Origin: an uncultured Planctomycetaceae bacterium
GTDB lineage: Bacteria; Planctomycetota; Planctomycetia; Planctomycetales; Planctomycetaceae
Assembly (NCBI GenBank): GCA_963976765.1
Contig: CAXBME010000019.1
Span: forward strand, 62,001-126,000
Direction: 5' to 3'
Length of the DNA stretch: 64,000 bases
Below the pieces are notes generated by a model that searched no databases, was not told where the DNA came from, and worked only from the letters and a program-made list of their open reading frames with translations. Position numbers and translations under genes: made by a program. This document shows, one piece after another, positions 40,055 to 50,200 of this stretch; the first letter of the stretch is position 1; the number at the start of each line of letters is the position of its first letter.

Positions 40055-42067
40055 CTACTCTTCGGGCTCGATCGGGTTTTCGATTTCGATGGCGATGGCC
40101 CGAAGCTCGCAGTCGTCGAAGCTGGTGGTTTCGTCTCTGGCGGACGTTTGCCGAATTCGTATCGAGTTTTGCCCAGCCTTCAGCCAGGTTGCCGGTAACC
40201 TGATTCTCACCCGCTGAGGATCGGTAGCCGGCGCACGCACGGTGATCAACTCGTTCAACGTGCCGACAGCTTCGCCGTTTACAAGAATCTGAGTTGCCAG
40301 AAACCCAGCTCGGACCTCATTCAGAAACGGCGTCGCCTTGAGTGTGCCCGGCCCGGACGGGATCAGTTCGGCGATGTCTGCCGAAAGGAAAATCTTTTGC
40401 GGCAGCTGATCCTTTGATATTGAGACGGTGAAGCTCAGCTCCGTTCCGTCCGGCTCGATCTGACTGAACAATTCGCGATAGCCGTTGCCGAGATGCCTCG
40501 GACCTTGATCAAGCAATTGGTACGAGCCGGCAAACAGTGGCTTGATACGCCGAATCATTTCCCAGCGAACAGCGACTTCGCCGAGCAGCGGGTGCTGCGT
40601 CGTCAGTCCGTCATCGGTCGCGTGCTGGATCGCCGATCGGATCCAGAATGGTTCCTCCATTTCACCCATCGAACAGGACGCATCCGGAACAAGTTCGATC
40701 CGTGCGAAATCGCCCGTTACTGATTGCGCAAGAGTGGAGTCAGGTCGTCCGAAACAGACAGCAGAAACTTCTTTGCGGTCGACGAGCAAATGACGATCAG
40801 CGCTGCGAATACCAACTATCGAGTCTGCTTCGTCGATGACACCGAAGATTTCGTTTCCCGAATTCAGGACGACTCGGTCCAGGGAGGCAGCTTTCCGGAC
40901 GGAGTCTGTCATGCTTTTTCTGATGTTTGGCGAGTCGCCGGAGTCGCTTCTGGCAAATCGGACTAACGGCTCTCTGAGGATCAGCCCGCCAGGGGCGTCC
41001 GATTCATTCCGGGGCGGCGGAGTGAGGGCTCCTTCGACCTCGAGCCGAACGAGTTGTCCAATCGGACGTTGAATTTTCAGAAGGATGGAGTCATGGCTGC
41101 TGAGTGTGACGTCGCGGCCAGTACGCAACTGGAGCTGAAGCTGCTCGGTTCCGACGACAACGGTTTCCTCGCGACCGTCGGGATGCACAATCAGCCGCCG
41201 CTCGCCCCGTCCGGAAATGTTGATCCGCCACTGCACTCCTTGACGGCCAACGAAAAAAAACTTCAACGTTCCACCACTGCGGATTTCATCGTCGGGCGAT
41301 AGGTGGGGGCTACCCGGCAAAGTTCCCGGCCAGCGACCGCACAGCACGACCAGGCAAGCATTGTCCTGTGATTCACTCGCGAACCGGGGGATTTGAAGGA
41401 CTCGCCGTTGCCAGAATTTTTCGGCGATCGCGTCGACAAAATCGGGAGCTGAAACGTGGTCGCGATCAATTTTCTGCCAGCCAGCCGCCGGTGAAAGTCG
41501 CGAGTCGGTCGGGAAAACATCGCAGGTTCCCAGCGGCTGGCGAATCGTCGAGACGTGGGACACGTTGAGGGCGATTGAAGATTCTGCCGACTCTGCAACC
41601 GACTCTGTAAACGGAGACGCAGCGAAAAGTTGAGCTGACAAAAAAGATGGCATTTCCGGTTGACGCTCGGGCAGGCTGCACCATGCCGGAAATACTTCGC
41701 CGGTCCAGAGTTTCACGATGCGGACTGCCCGGCAACTCTTCGGCTGGAACGGTCTGGCCTCAAACACGAGTGTTCTGCCTGGCGACAGTCGGGTGTTATC
41801 AGCCAGTCTTGCGGAACCTCGCAGGAAACGTGACGACGTCGCGGAGCCATCCTGCTTCCGGATTCGCAGTTCCGGGCCAGCTTCACCGCGGTTCACGACT
41901 GGTGACTGGCTGGCGGCCAGGCACGGCTGAGAACCTGCCCTTTCGGAACTAAGGACGGCAGTGGCCAGAATCAGTAATGCCAGGCGTGACGCGGTCCGAT
42001 TCTCCCGGTTCGGATGGAGCGTCGATCGTGACTTTGGCCTAATTGACCTTCGGATTCGATTTATCAC
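40055..42067 (-). CDS. Hypothetical exported multi-domain protein
   Basis: 670-aa ORF with a hydrophobic N-terminal stretch, DRVVLNSGNEIFG motif and C-terminal beta-sandwich (LKAGQNSIRI...FDDCEL). Start uncertain. Confidence 0.65.
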   Translation of the reverse strand: MINRIRRSIRPKSRSTLHPNRENRTASRLALLILATAVLSSERAGSQPCLAASQSPVVNRGEAGPELRIRKQDGSATSSRFLRGSARLADNTRLSPGRTLVFEARPFQPKSCRAVRIVKLWTGEVFPAWCSLPERQPEMPSFLSAQLFAASPFTESVAESAESSIALNVSHVSTIRQPLGTCDVFPTDSRLSPAAGWQKIDRDHVSAPDFVDAIAEKFWQRRVLQIPRFASESQDNACLVVLCGRWPGTLPGSPHLSPDDEIRSGGTLKFFFVGRQGVQWRINISGRGERRLIVHPDGREETVVVGTEQLQLQLRTGRDVTLSSHDSILLKIQRPIGQLVRLEVEGALTPPPRNESDAPGGLILREPLVRFARSDSGDSPNIRKSMTDSVRKAASLDRVVLNSGNEIFGVIDEADSIVGIRSADRHLLVDRKEVSAVCFGRPDSTLAQSVTGDFARIELVPDASCSMGEMEEPFWIRSAIQHATDDGLTTQHPLLGEVAVRWEMIRRIKPLFAGSYQLLDQGPRHLGNGYRELFSQIEPDGTELSFTVSISKDQLPQKIFLSADIAELIPSGPGTLKATPFLNEVRAGFLATQILVNGEAVGTLNELITVRAPATDPQRVRIRLPATWLKAGQNSIRIRQTSARDETTSFDDCELRAIAIEIENPIEPEE

Positions 42068-42464
42068 AGAAAATCTTCAAGGTCAGGGTAAACGTTGAAT
42101 GGCGAATACGCCGATGACTGATTGACGGTGCGTTCGCTGGCTCTCGTTTTGTCTACCCGAGGATGAACTTGAAGTATCCAGCGGACCGGCGATCGTCGAG
42201 AGCAGCTGACCACCGTAAACAAAATTGTGAAGTTCCTGCAAACCCACGAAAATTTGACTCCAGCGGACCATCAACGAGTTGCCGGTCGGATGGCAACTCG
42301 GGTAAAAAGAAGCTCGGGCCAGCGTGTTGGAAACTGCGGCAACGGACAACGTCGCGGCGGCGACGATTTCTCAGAAACCGCACCCTCGATCGTAACTCAA
42401 GTCACCGGAAACTCCTGTCGCCACTGCTGATCACAGTGCCTCAGAAATCCGGCAGCGTCGGTAG

Positions 42465-44189
42465 ATGACTTCCGAATCGAACATGCAGCGAGTTCTATGC
42501 TACAGCCGGGAGCCTGAGCTGGCTCGTTCTGTAGCCGAAAACCTGAAGGCTCATTACGACGTTATCTGTCCCGACTCTTTGGAAGACAGTCTTGAGGCGT
42601 TGAACGAAGGTCAGATCTCAGGGCTTTTCCTCTGCGGCGAAGAAATGACCTCGGCCGGGTTGCTGCTTCAGGCCGGTGGGATTCTTCAGCAGCTTCAGGA
42701 TGGATTTGCTCTGGTCGGGCATCGTCGCGAAGTGCTCTGGCACAACGACCGACTTCTCACGCTCACCGAAAGCGAAGAGTCGCATACTGGTCGCAGCTTC
42801 TATGATTGTTTCGGCAGCCCGGAAATCCTCGGCCCCGATTTCTGCCCGCTGAACACGGCGTTTGGAATGGGCGAGACGGCTCGCAGCACACTGCGCGTCG
42901 GCGACAAGACGTACTACGAAGTTGAAGCGACTCCCGTGTTTGACAGTGAGGACGGGCAGGGAGATATCGCTCGGTTTCTGATCGTCGTCGTGCGGGACAT
43001 TTCGACTGAGGTGCTGCAACGCCAGAAGCTCAACGCGATCTATCAGGCCGGCCTTGAACTGGGTGACCTGACTCCGCAGGAGTTACTCGAAATGACGGTC
43101 GACGACCGGGTCGATCTGTTGAAGTCAAAGATTCTGCACTTCACGCAGGATTTGCTCGAGTATGACACGGTCGAAATTCGGCTGCTGGATCGCAGTACAA
43201 AACATCTCGCTCCGTTGTTGTCCGTCGGTATGGACGAAGCTGCTGAGAGTCGCAATCTGCAGGCGAGTCCGCAGGGCAATGGAGTTACCGGTTTCGTAGC
43301 CGCCACCGGGAAAAGTTACCTGTGCGAAGATACAACCAGCGACCCGCTTTACCTGCTTGGCGCGTCTGAAGCCCGCAGTTCGTTGACCGTACCTCTGATG
43401 CTTCATGACGAAGTCTTTGGAACGTTCAATGTAGAGAGTCCTAAGAAGCGAGCATTCTCTGAAAATGACCTGCAGTTCCTTGAACTGTTTGCGCGAGAAA
43501 TCGCAGTGGCGCTCAACACGTTGGAGCTGCTCGCCGTCGAAAAAATTTCAACAGCAAATGAGAGCACCGAACTCATCCTGCGGGAAGTCGTTGACCCCGT
43601 CGACAAAATTATTCAGGACACCACCTGGCTCATTGAAAACACTCTTGGAGCGGACACTGGAGTCACCGAACGACTTCGCGACGTTTTGAAATCTACTCGC
43701 AACATCAAACGCATGATTCAGACGGTTGGGGGAACATTCCCTCAACGCACCAGTACATCGGCCATGCCGGATTCCGACGTCAGGCCGCTGATGCAGCACA
43801 AACGCGTGCTTGTGGTTGATGAAGATTCCGAAGTGCGGCACGCCGCCCACCAGTTGCTCCGCCGCTTAGGCTGCGACGTCGAAACCGCACACAACGGCGA
43901 AGAGTGCTTCCTGATGGCACGTTCTTATCACTACGACGCGGTGATCTCAGATATTCGCCTGCCTGACTACAAGGGCTACGAGGTCTTCAACCAGCTGAAG
44001 CAGATTGACCCTCACGTGCCCGTCATCCTGATGACCGGCTACGGGTACGATCCTGGCCACTCGATCGTGAAAGCTCGTCAGGCCGGCTGCAAATCGGTCC
44101 TCTTCAAACCATTCCGAGTGGACCAGCTGGTGTCGGAACTCGAAAAGGCCTTCTCGTCGCCTGCCGACCTGGCCGAGCAATCCAGTTAA
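42465..44189 (+). CDS. PAS-like/GAF/receiver signalling protein without kinase domain
   Basis: GAF: GVTGFVAATGK...SSLTVPL...FSENDLQFL. C-terminal REC: VLVVDED, ISDIRLP, MTGY, KPF. Confidence 0.88.
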   Translation: MTSESNMQRVLCYSREPELARSVAENLKAHYDVICPDSLEDSLEALNEGQISGLFLCGEEMTSAGLLLQAGGILQQLQDGFALVGHRREVLWHNDRLLTLTESEESHTGRSFYDCFGSPEILGPDFCPLNTAFGMGETARSTLRVGDKTYYEVEATPVFDSEDGQGDIARFLIVVVRDISTEVLQRQKLNAIYQAGLELGDLTPQELLEMTVDDRVDLLKSKILHFTQDLLEYDTVEIRLLDRSTKHLAPLLSVGMDEAAESRNLQASPQGNGVTGFVAATGKSYLCEDTTSDPLYLLGASEARSSLTVPLMLHDEVFGTFNVESPKKRAFSENDLQFLELFAREIAVALNTLELLAVEKISTANESTELILREVVDPVDKIIQDTTWLIENTLGADTGVTERLRDVLKSTRNIKRMIQTVGGTFPQRTSTSAMPDSDVRPLMQHKRVLVVDEDSEVRHAAHQLLRRLGCDVETAHNGEECFLMARSYHYDAVISDIRLPDYKGYEVFNQLKQIDPHVPVILMTGYGYDPGHSIVKARQAGCKSVLFKPFRVDQLVSELEKAFSSPADLAEQSS

Positions 44190-44462
44190 GCTGTGGCTAA
44201 TGCCGGCACCAGAGACGGGCCGACGGACTTGAGAAAGAGTCCTGGAACGACTCACCGAACTCATTCGTCACAGCGCTGAGGGAACTGGTCCGAAATAACT
44301 TCGGGAGGAAACGAGGCAACGGAAAACGGGAATCTATTTCGGGCCTGTTTCTTAGTGTCGCTGCGATTCAGGCGGTTGCCACTGAGGAAATGAAGGACGT
44401 TGTTCCCGGAGTGTGCCCGACAGGATCGTTGTCGCAGCAGCGTTTGGCTTTGCTCAGTCTGT

Positions 44463-44547
44463 GAAAAAACCCGGAAGCAGCAGGTCCCAGGGGGGGGGCA
44501 CAGGACTCCGACTACTTCCGGGCGGCGATTGGCGAATGACTGACTAA
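44463..44547 (-). ncRNA. Candidate small RNA with C9-loop hairpin and intrinsic terminator
   Basis: Minus-strand sigma70-like promoter directly upstream. Long stem CCCGGAAGTAG...CTGCTTCCGGG with a C9 loop, followed by T6. No ORF inside. Confidence 0.5.
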
Positions 44548-44553
44548 GGCTGG

Positions 44554-44583
44554 ACAGTAGCCGGGGTTCGGATTTCGAGTCAA
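44554..44583 (-). promoter_or_regulatory. Putative sigma70 promoter for the candidate sRNA
   Basis: TTGACT (44583-44578), 18-nt spacer, TACTGT (44559-44554). Confidence 0.45.
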
Positions 44584-44668
44584 TATGGCTTCGGGCAGGT
44601 GCCAGAACGGTTTTGGTTTTATGTAGTTCTGCACATATTTGCGTATTTGATGGCGGTGTCCTCTAACG

Positions 44669-44693
44669 GGAAACCGCTCCACCAGGCGGCGTT
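44669..44693 (+). promoter_or_regulatory. Possible ECF-type promoter upstream of the decarboxylase gene
   Basis: GGAAA-N16-CGTT ending about 40 nt before ATG 44733; resembles the generic GGAAC-N16/17-CGTT ECF pattern. Short motif that could be chance. Confidence 0.25.
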
Positions 44694-44732
44694 CAATCGT
44701 CGAAATATCTCCAGCAGCCAGAGAATCCGTCC

Positions 44733-46373
44733 ATGACCGCCCCCTATTACAAGCTGGTTAGGTCGCTGCGTCGCGCGTTTCCTCAGCCAGTTTCTGACCG
44801 CGAACATGACGCCTATTTCGTGTTTTCGATCATGCGGGCGCTCGACCAGGTCGACGCGATGAAGTCGGTGTCTCCGGTGCTGGGCGAGCCTCGAGAACTC
44901 GACTTTCATACCGCACGCCAGATGAGAATCGCCCGCGAAACTCAGTCTCTGGAATCCGTCACTGAGCAGCTCGTCGATCATCTATCCGGGATGTTCGTTT
45001 GGGGACATCCTCGGGCGCAGATCAACGTCATTCCGCCGCCGACGATTCCGGGCATCATCGGATCACTGCTTCCATCGATCTACAATCCGAACCTGGCCAG
45101 TGAAGAATCGTCTCGATTAGTTGCTCTCGCCGAGGTCGAAGTCTCCGCCATGACTGCCGATCTTGTTGGCTACGATCCGGCCAGCGCTCAAGGCGTCTTT
45201 ACTTTCGGTGGGACGGGCACCCTGCTTTACGCGGCTCGAATCGGTCTTGAAAAAGCCTGCCCCGGATCGATGAAGTCCGGCGTTCGAGAACCCGCCGTCA
45301 TCGTTGCTTCCGAACGTGCTCATTACGCCTGCCGAACGATTGCCGGCTGGATAGGGCTGGGCGAAGACAGCGTTATCGAAATTCCCAGCTCCGACGAAAA
45401 CGAAGTCCGCACCTGCCTGCTCGAAAGCATGTGCCGGGACGCTTTGAACTCGGGAAAGAAGATCGCGATGATCGTCGCGACGATGGGAACGACCGACGCG
45501 TTCGGCCTGGACGACCTCGCCGAGATTCACAGCATCCGAGACCGGCTGGTCGACGAATTCTCCCTTGACTATGTGCCGCACATTCACGCCGACGCGGTTA
45601 TCGGCTGGGCGTGGAGCGTCTTTAACGGCTACGACTTTGTTAAAAACCCGCAGGGCTTTCGACCGCGCACCGTTCGGTCGCTGGCCGGAACGCAGCGGCG
45701 GATCAGTCAGCTTGCCCTGGCCGACTCGCTGGGCATCGACTTTCACAAAACAGGATTCACACCGTACATCTCCAGTTTGTTTCTGGCGAAGTCGGGGCAT
45801 GACCTGTCGCTGATTGCTCGCGACACGGAAGAAATGCCGTACCTGTTCAAGTCCGGCGAGTACCACCCTGGCAAGTACACACTCGAAACCAGCCGCAGCG
45901 GAGCCGGGCCGATGGCAGCACTTGGCAATCTGCTGCTGCTCGGTCGCGAAGGATTGCAGGCTCTGCTCGGGCATCTCGTGACGATGTCCGAAGCTCTGGC
46001 CGAGCACCTGGAAGGCCACGCGGCGACGACCGTCCTCAACGACGAAAACTTCGGCCCGGTGACGCTGTTCCGAGTTTACCCGGACGGCGTCGACACCTTC
46101 ACGATCTCAAAACGTGAGATGACTGATCCGGCTTTTCGAGAAACGCTGCGAGCCCACAACGACTACAACCGTCGCATCTTCGCCGAAATTCAGGCTGAAG
46201 CTCTGCAGGGCAGGGGAGTCGTTCTTTCGCTGACTGACTGCTACCGCGAGACCGGCTACGGCGAACCGGTTGTCGCTCTGAAGTCGTATATCATGAGCCC
46301 GTTCTCTGACGAAAAGTACGTCGACGCCGTACTGGAATCCGTCTGCCGAGCCCGCGAGGCCCTCAAAGAATAG
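44733..46373 (+). CDS. Group II pyridoxal-phosphate-dependent decarboxylase
   Basis: FTFGGT, SERAHY, ATMGTT..FG.D, HIHADA, DSLGIDFHK (PLP lysine), LETSR. Confidence 0.9.
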   Translation: MTAPYYKLVRSLRRAFPQPVSDREHDAYFVFSIMRALDQVDAMKSVSPVLGEPRELDFHTARQMRIARETQSLESVTEQLVDHLSGMFVWGHPRAQINVIPPPTIPGIIGSLLPSIYNPNLASEESSRLVALAEVEVSAMTADLVGYDPASAQGVFTFGGTGTLLYAARIGLEKACPGSMKSGVREPAVIVASERAHYACRTIAGWIGLGEDSVIEIPSSDENEVRTCLLESMCRDALNSGKKIAMIVATMGTTDAFGLDDLAEIHSIRDRLVDEFSLDYVPHIHADAVIGWAWSVFNGYDFVKNPQGFRPRTVRSLAGTQRRISQLALADSLGIDFHKTGFTPYISSLFLAKSGHDLSLIARDTEEMPYLFKSGEYHPGKYTLETSRSGAGPMAALGNLLLLGREGLQALLGHLVTMSEALAEHLEGHAATTVLNDENFGPVTLFRVYPDGVDTFTISKREMTDPAFRETLRAHNDYNRRIFAEIQAEALQGRGVVLSLTDCYRETGYGEPVVALKSYIMSPFSDEKYVDAVLESVCRAREALKE

Positions 46374-46490
46374 CTCAACAGAGAGTTCTCCGACTTCGGC
46401 ATTCCGACTTCGCACCTGTTGTAACGCCCCTGCCGTATATACTCGCGACACCAGATCACGGACTATTTTCTCTGGCGAGCGGCGTGCAGC

Positions 46491-47153
46491 ATGGCAGAAA
46501 GCACAAGCCAGCCTGATATCGGACAACGACTGATCTCCGGCGATGAATCGGCTCTTGAAGCAGCGCTGCGCGCACACGGCCCGCCGGTCAAAGCGTTGCT
46601 TCGCCGAAAATTCTTCGGACCTCTGTCAGACACCGACTTCGAGGACATCCTCGCCGTCGCTCTCTTTCGCATGTGGCAATACCGATCCCGTTACGACGCC
46701 TCACGGGCGACATTGCGAGTCTGGTTTTTCCGCATCGCTGAAAATGTAACACGAGACGTGCTTCGGCACGGCTGGCAGAAAGCAAGACAACTCGAAGTTG
46801 CGTTTGAGCCTTTAGCCCTTTCAGCGGTCATTGATCATCGGAATCTGGATGTCGGTTTTGTCGACGGCGCTTCCGGTGACCGAACTGTGGGGCAATTCGA
46901 GACTGAATCCATTAGCAATGCAGCGGGCACTCGCCCGATCGTTGAACACCTTATCGAAGTTCTGAAACTGTTGCCGGATGCGCAACGCAGGATTCTTCTG
47001 GCAGATGCGGAATCAACAGACGGCAAAGTTGCCAGCCAGGATCTGGCCAGCGAGTTAGGTATTTCTGCCTCGACAATTCGAGTCTACCGCCGGAGAGCCT
47101 TGGAAACAGTTCGCTCGGAAATGGATCGCCGAGGCTGGGAACAGGACGTGTAA
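46491..47153 (+). CDS. ECF RNA polymerase sigma factor
   Basis: Region 2: FEDIL...RYDASRATLRVWFFRIAENVTRD. Region 4: LPDAQRRILL...LASELGISASTIRVYRRRA. 220 aa. Confidence 0.9.
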   Translation: MAESTSQPDIGQRLISGDESALEAALRAHGPPVKALLRRKFFGPLSDTDFEDILAVALFRMWQYRSRYDASRATLRVWFFRIAENVTRDVLRHGWQKARQLEVAFEPLALSAVIDHRNLDVGFVDGASGDRTVGQFETESISNAAGTRPIVEHLIEVLKLLPDAQRRILLADAESTDGKVASQDLASELGISASTIRVYRRRALETVRSEMDRRGWEQDV

Positions 47154-47269
47154 GGCATAACCTGAACCAGGCAGGTGGGAATTGCTCTTCGCTTATTCCG
47201 GCCTGCATTGACTCTTTTCCGGCGTCGCAACGGCGTCGCGTTTCCATTCCGCACACGCGGGAAAACGTC

Positions 47270-50200
47270 ATGAATGAAAACAACGAACAGGACGAACAGT
47301 TCCGCCATCGAATCAAGGCCGCGATGCACCAGCTCGGTCGGCATTCAAACGGCTTTGACGGCAATGCGTCCATCGAAGCTGAACTCTCTGAGATTGACGC
47401 TGCGCCAATGGACGAGGCCGAAGTCGGTCGGATCATGAGGCAGGTTCATCGCACAATTCATCGTTCAACCGTCGAGGCTGCCAACTCCCGCGAAGGAATG
47501 GATGACATGCAGAATCGAACTTCGTTACGAAACAGGACCTCTGTCGGGATCGACCTTCCCCTACGGTGCTTCAGCAGACAGCCAATGACCGGCAGTACTG
47601 CAATCGTTGCCGTGGTGGCAACTTCGCTGTGTCTCCTGACGGCGGTCGGACTTTTTCAGGTTGCCGGCAAGGCAATATACGAAAACCGACCGTTTACGCC
47701 GGGCACAGCATTGACCTACGCTATCGATCCACTTAGCCGTTCGACTCACCGCTTCAAATACGTCGCTCAACCTCGACCGCAGGCCGTACCGCCGGAGCGG
47801 TTGGTCGTCGGACAGACGATTCGCACCGCCGCGCGTGAACGTCGTCGCGCGTTGTTGCCTGACGGTTCGGTGCTGTATCTCAATGAGCAGTCTACGGTCG
47901 CTCTGACCGCCAACCGAACCGTTGCGCTGCATCGCGGGCAGCTTTTTGTCGAGGTCACTCCGGCAAACGTTTCCGCTCAAGGCCCGTTTGTCGTTGAAAC
48001 GCCGGATCGGCAAGTCACTGCGCTCGGGACAAAATTCGCGGTTTCGACCGGCGGGAAAGACACCGAGGTTCTGGTCACTCAGGGAAAGGTTCGAGTCAGC
48101 GGTGCCGCGGATATTGTGACTGGTGGTCAAGTGGCTGCCGCTTCTGACAAAGACACGGATGTAGTTATCGACGCGGCGCCGCGAGCTTCTCAGGCTTTGT
48201 CGTGGACTCGCGAACTCATCGCCGCAGCCGAAACGCCGATCGTGCCGCGTAGCGATCACGACGGCGGATCGTTAGTCGTCGTCGATCCATCCGGCCAGGA
48301 AATGAAGCTGTCGCTACGCAAGTTTCACGTCGACGCACACATCGAAGATGGCTTCGCACGAACGACGATCGACCAGACCTACTTCAACCATACTCACTCC
48401 CGGCAGGAAGGAACGTTCAAGTTTCCGCTTCCGCCCGACGCGTCGCTGTCACGACTCGCGATGTACGTTAATGGAAAACTGATGGAAGGCGGCATGGTCG
48501 AGCGTGATCACGGTCGCAACGTTTTCGAGCAGATCATGCACACGAAACGCGACCCCGCGCTGCTCGAATGGGTCGACGGCAGCACGTTCAAAATGCGAGT
48601 CTTCCCTCTGGAACCCCGCCAGGAAAAGCGGATCGTTCTGAGTTACACGCAGCGACTTCCCAACGACTACGACCGTACTGAATATCGCTTTCCGGCCGGT
48701 CACAGTTTTGACAAAGTCCGAGACTGGTCGACACGTCTGACCGTCGCGAATGGTGCCGGAAAAACTCGCTGGTTCAGCCCGACTCACCTGCTCAAGGCGA
48801 CTGACGACGGCGACGACCTTGTCCTGGAAGGTGATCTTCAAAATGCCATTCTCGATAAAGACCTCGTCGTCGAGCTGACTGCCGCCGGCACCAGAAGCAA
48901 TGGTCTGTCGCGACAGATTAAAGAAACCATCGATTTTTCGAAGGCTCAACACGAAGGCTTCAGCTACCAGATGCTGCGATTTCGACCGGATCTGAGCGGC
49001 GACATGAAACGTCCGCGTCGCAACTGGGTCTTCCTCTACGAGTCGTCTGGCGATCGCAACCCGCTGCTGGCCAGAGTTCAGCTCGACGTCATCCACACGA
49101 TGCTGGATCACGCCGAACACGACGACACGTTTTCGATTGTCACTGCCGCTACAAAAGCCCGGACCTTCCGAATCAAGCCGGTACGCTGTTCAAAGAAGAA
49201 CATCGAGAAAGCTGTTACCTGGCTGGAGGACGCACACCTTGTTGGCGCTTTGAATCTCGAAGATGCGTTCAGCAAAGCAAAGCCGTTCTGCCGGTCCGAC
49301 GATGACACGCTGCTCGTTCACGTGGGATCAGCGAATCCAGTGCTCGGCGAACGGGACGAAAAGAAGCTCCTTAAGTCGCTTCCCCCCGACATCGAGTATG
49401 TCGGTGTCGGAGTTGGCAAACGCTGGTCGCGAGCTTTCATGAAGTCGGCAGCCGGTCGAACCGGCGGGCATTTTGCTCAGATCAACCCTGACGAGAAAGT
49501 AAGCTGGCGAGCGTTCGAGCTGCTTTCAACTTTGAACGCTCCGCGACTGGTCGATTTGAAAGTCGACAGCGGTCGCCAGGGCGTTCAGTTCCTGACCTTC
49601 GCCGAGACGATCGCCCATGGTCAGGAAGTTGCCGCCATCGCTCGCCTGCCTCTTCAGGCGAAACCGCTCGACGCCGTCACGGTTACGGGCACACTGAACG
49701 GCCAACCGTTCAGTCGCAAACTGCCGGTTGAGAACGTCGCGGCGCAGGCTGATTACCTGCCTCGTACCTGGACGCGACTCGAAATCGATCGGCTTGTCGC
49801 CAGCGGTGCCGAGGCTCACAAAAACGCCATCATCACTCTGAGCAAGGCGATGTATGTGATGTCGCCGTTCACATCGTTGCTCGTGCTCGAAGACGAGGCC
49901 ATGTACGAACAGTTCAATGTCGACCGAGGCCGCAAGGATCACTGGGCACTGTACCCGGCTCCGGCGACGATTCAGGTCGTCCACGAGTCTGGCCCAACGC
50001 AGCCAAAAAATGTGCAACCTGTCGACGTTCTGACGCGGGAACTGAAATCGCAATCGGCAAGAGTGGACGTTGCGAAAGCGAATTACGACCTCGGTGTCCG
50101 AGACGGTCGTACGCCGGAAGAGCTGGAGAAACTGAAAACCATTCTTATTGGAGAAGAACGCGAAAAAGAGATTCTGCAGAACCGCCTTAAGCTCGTTGAG

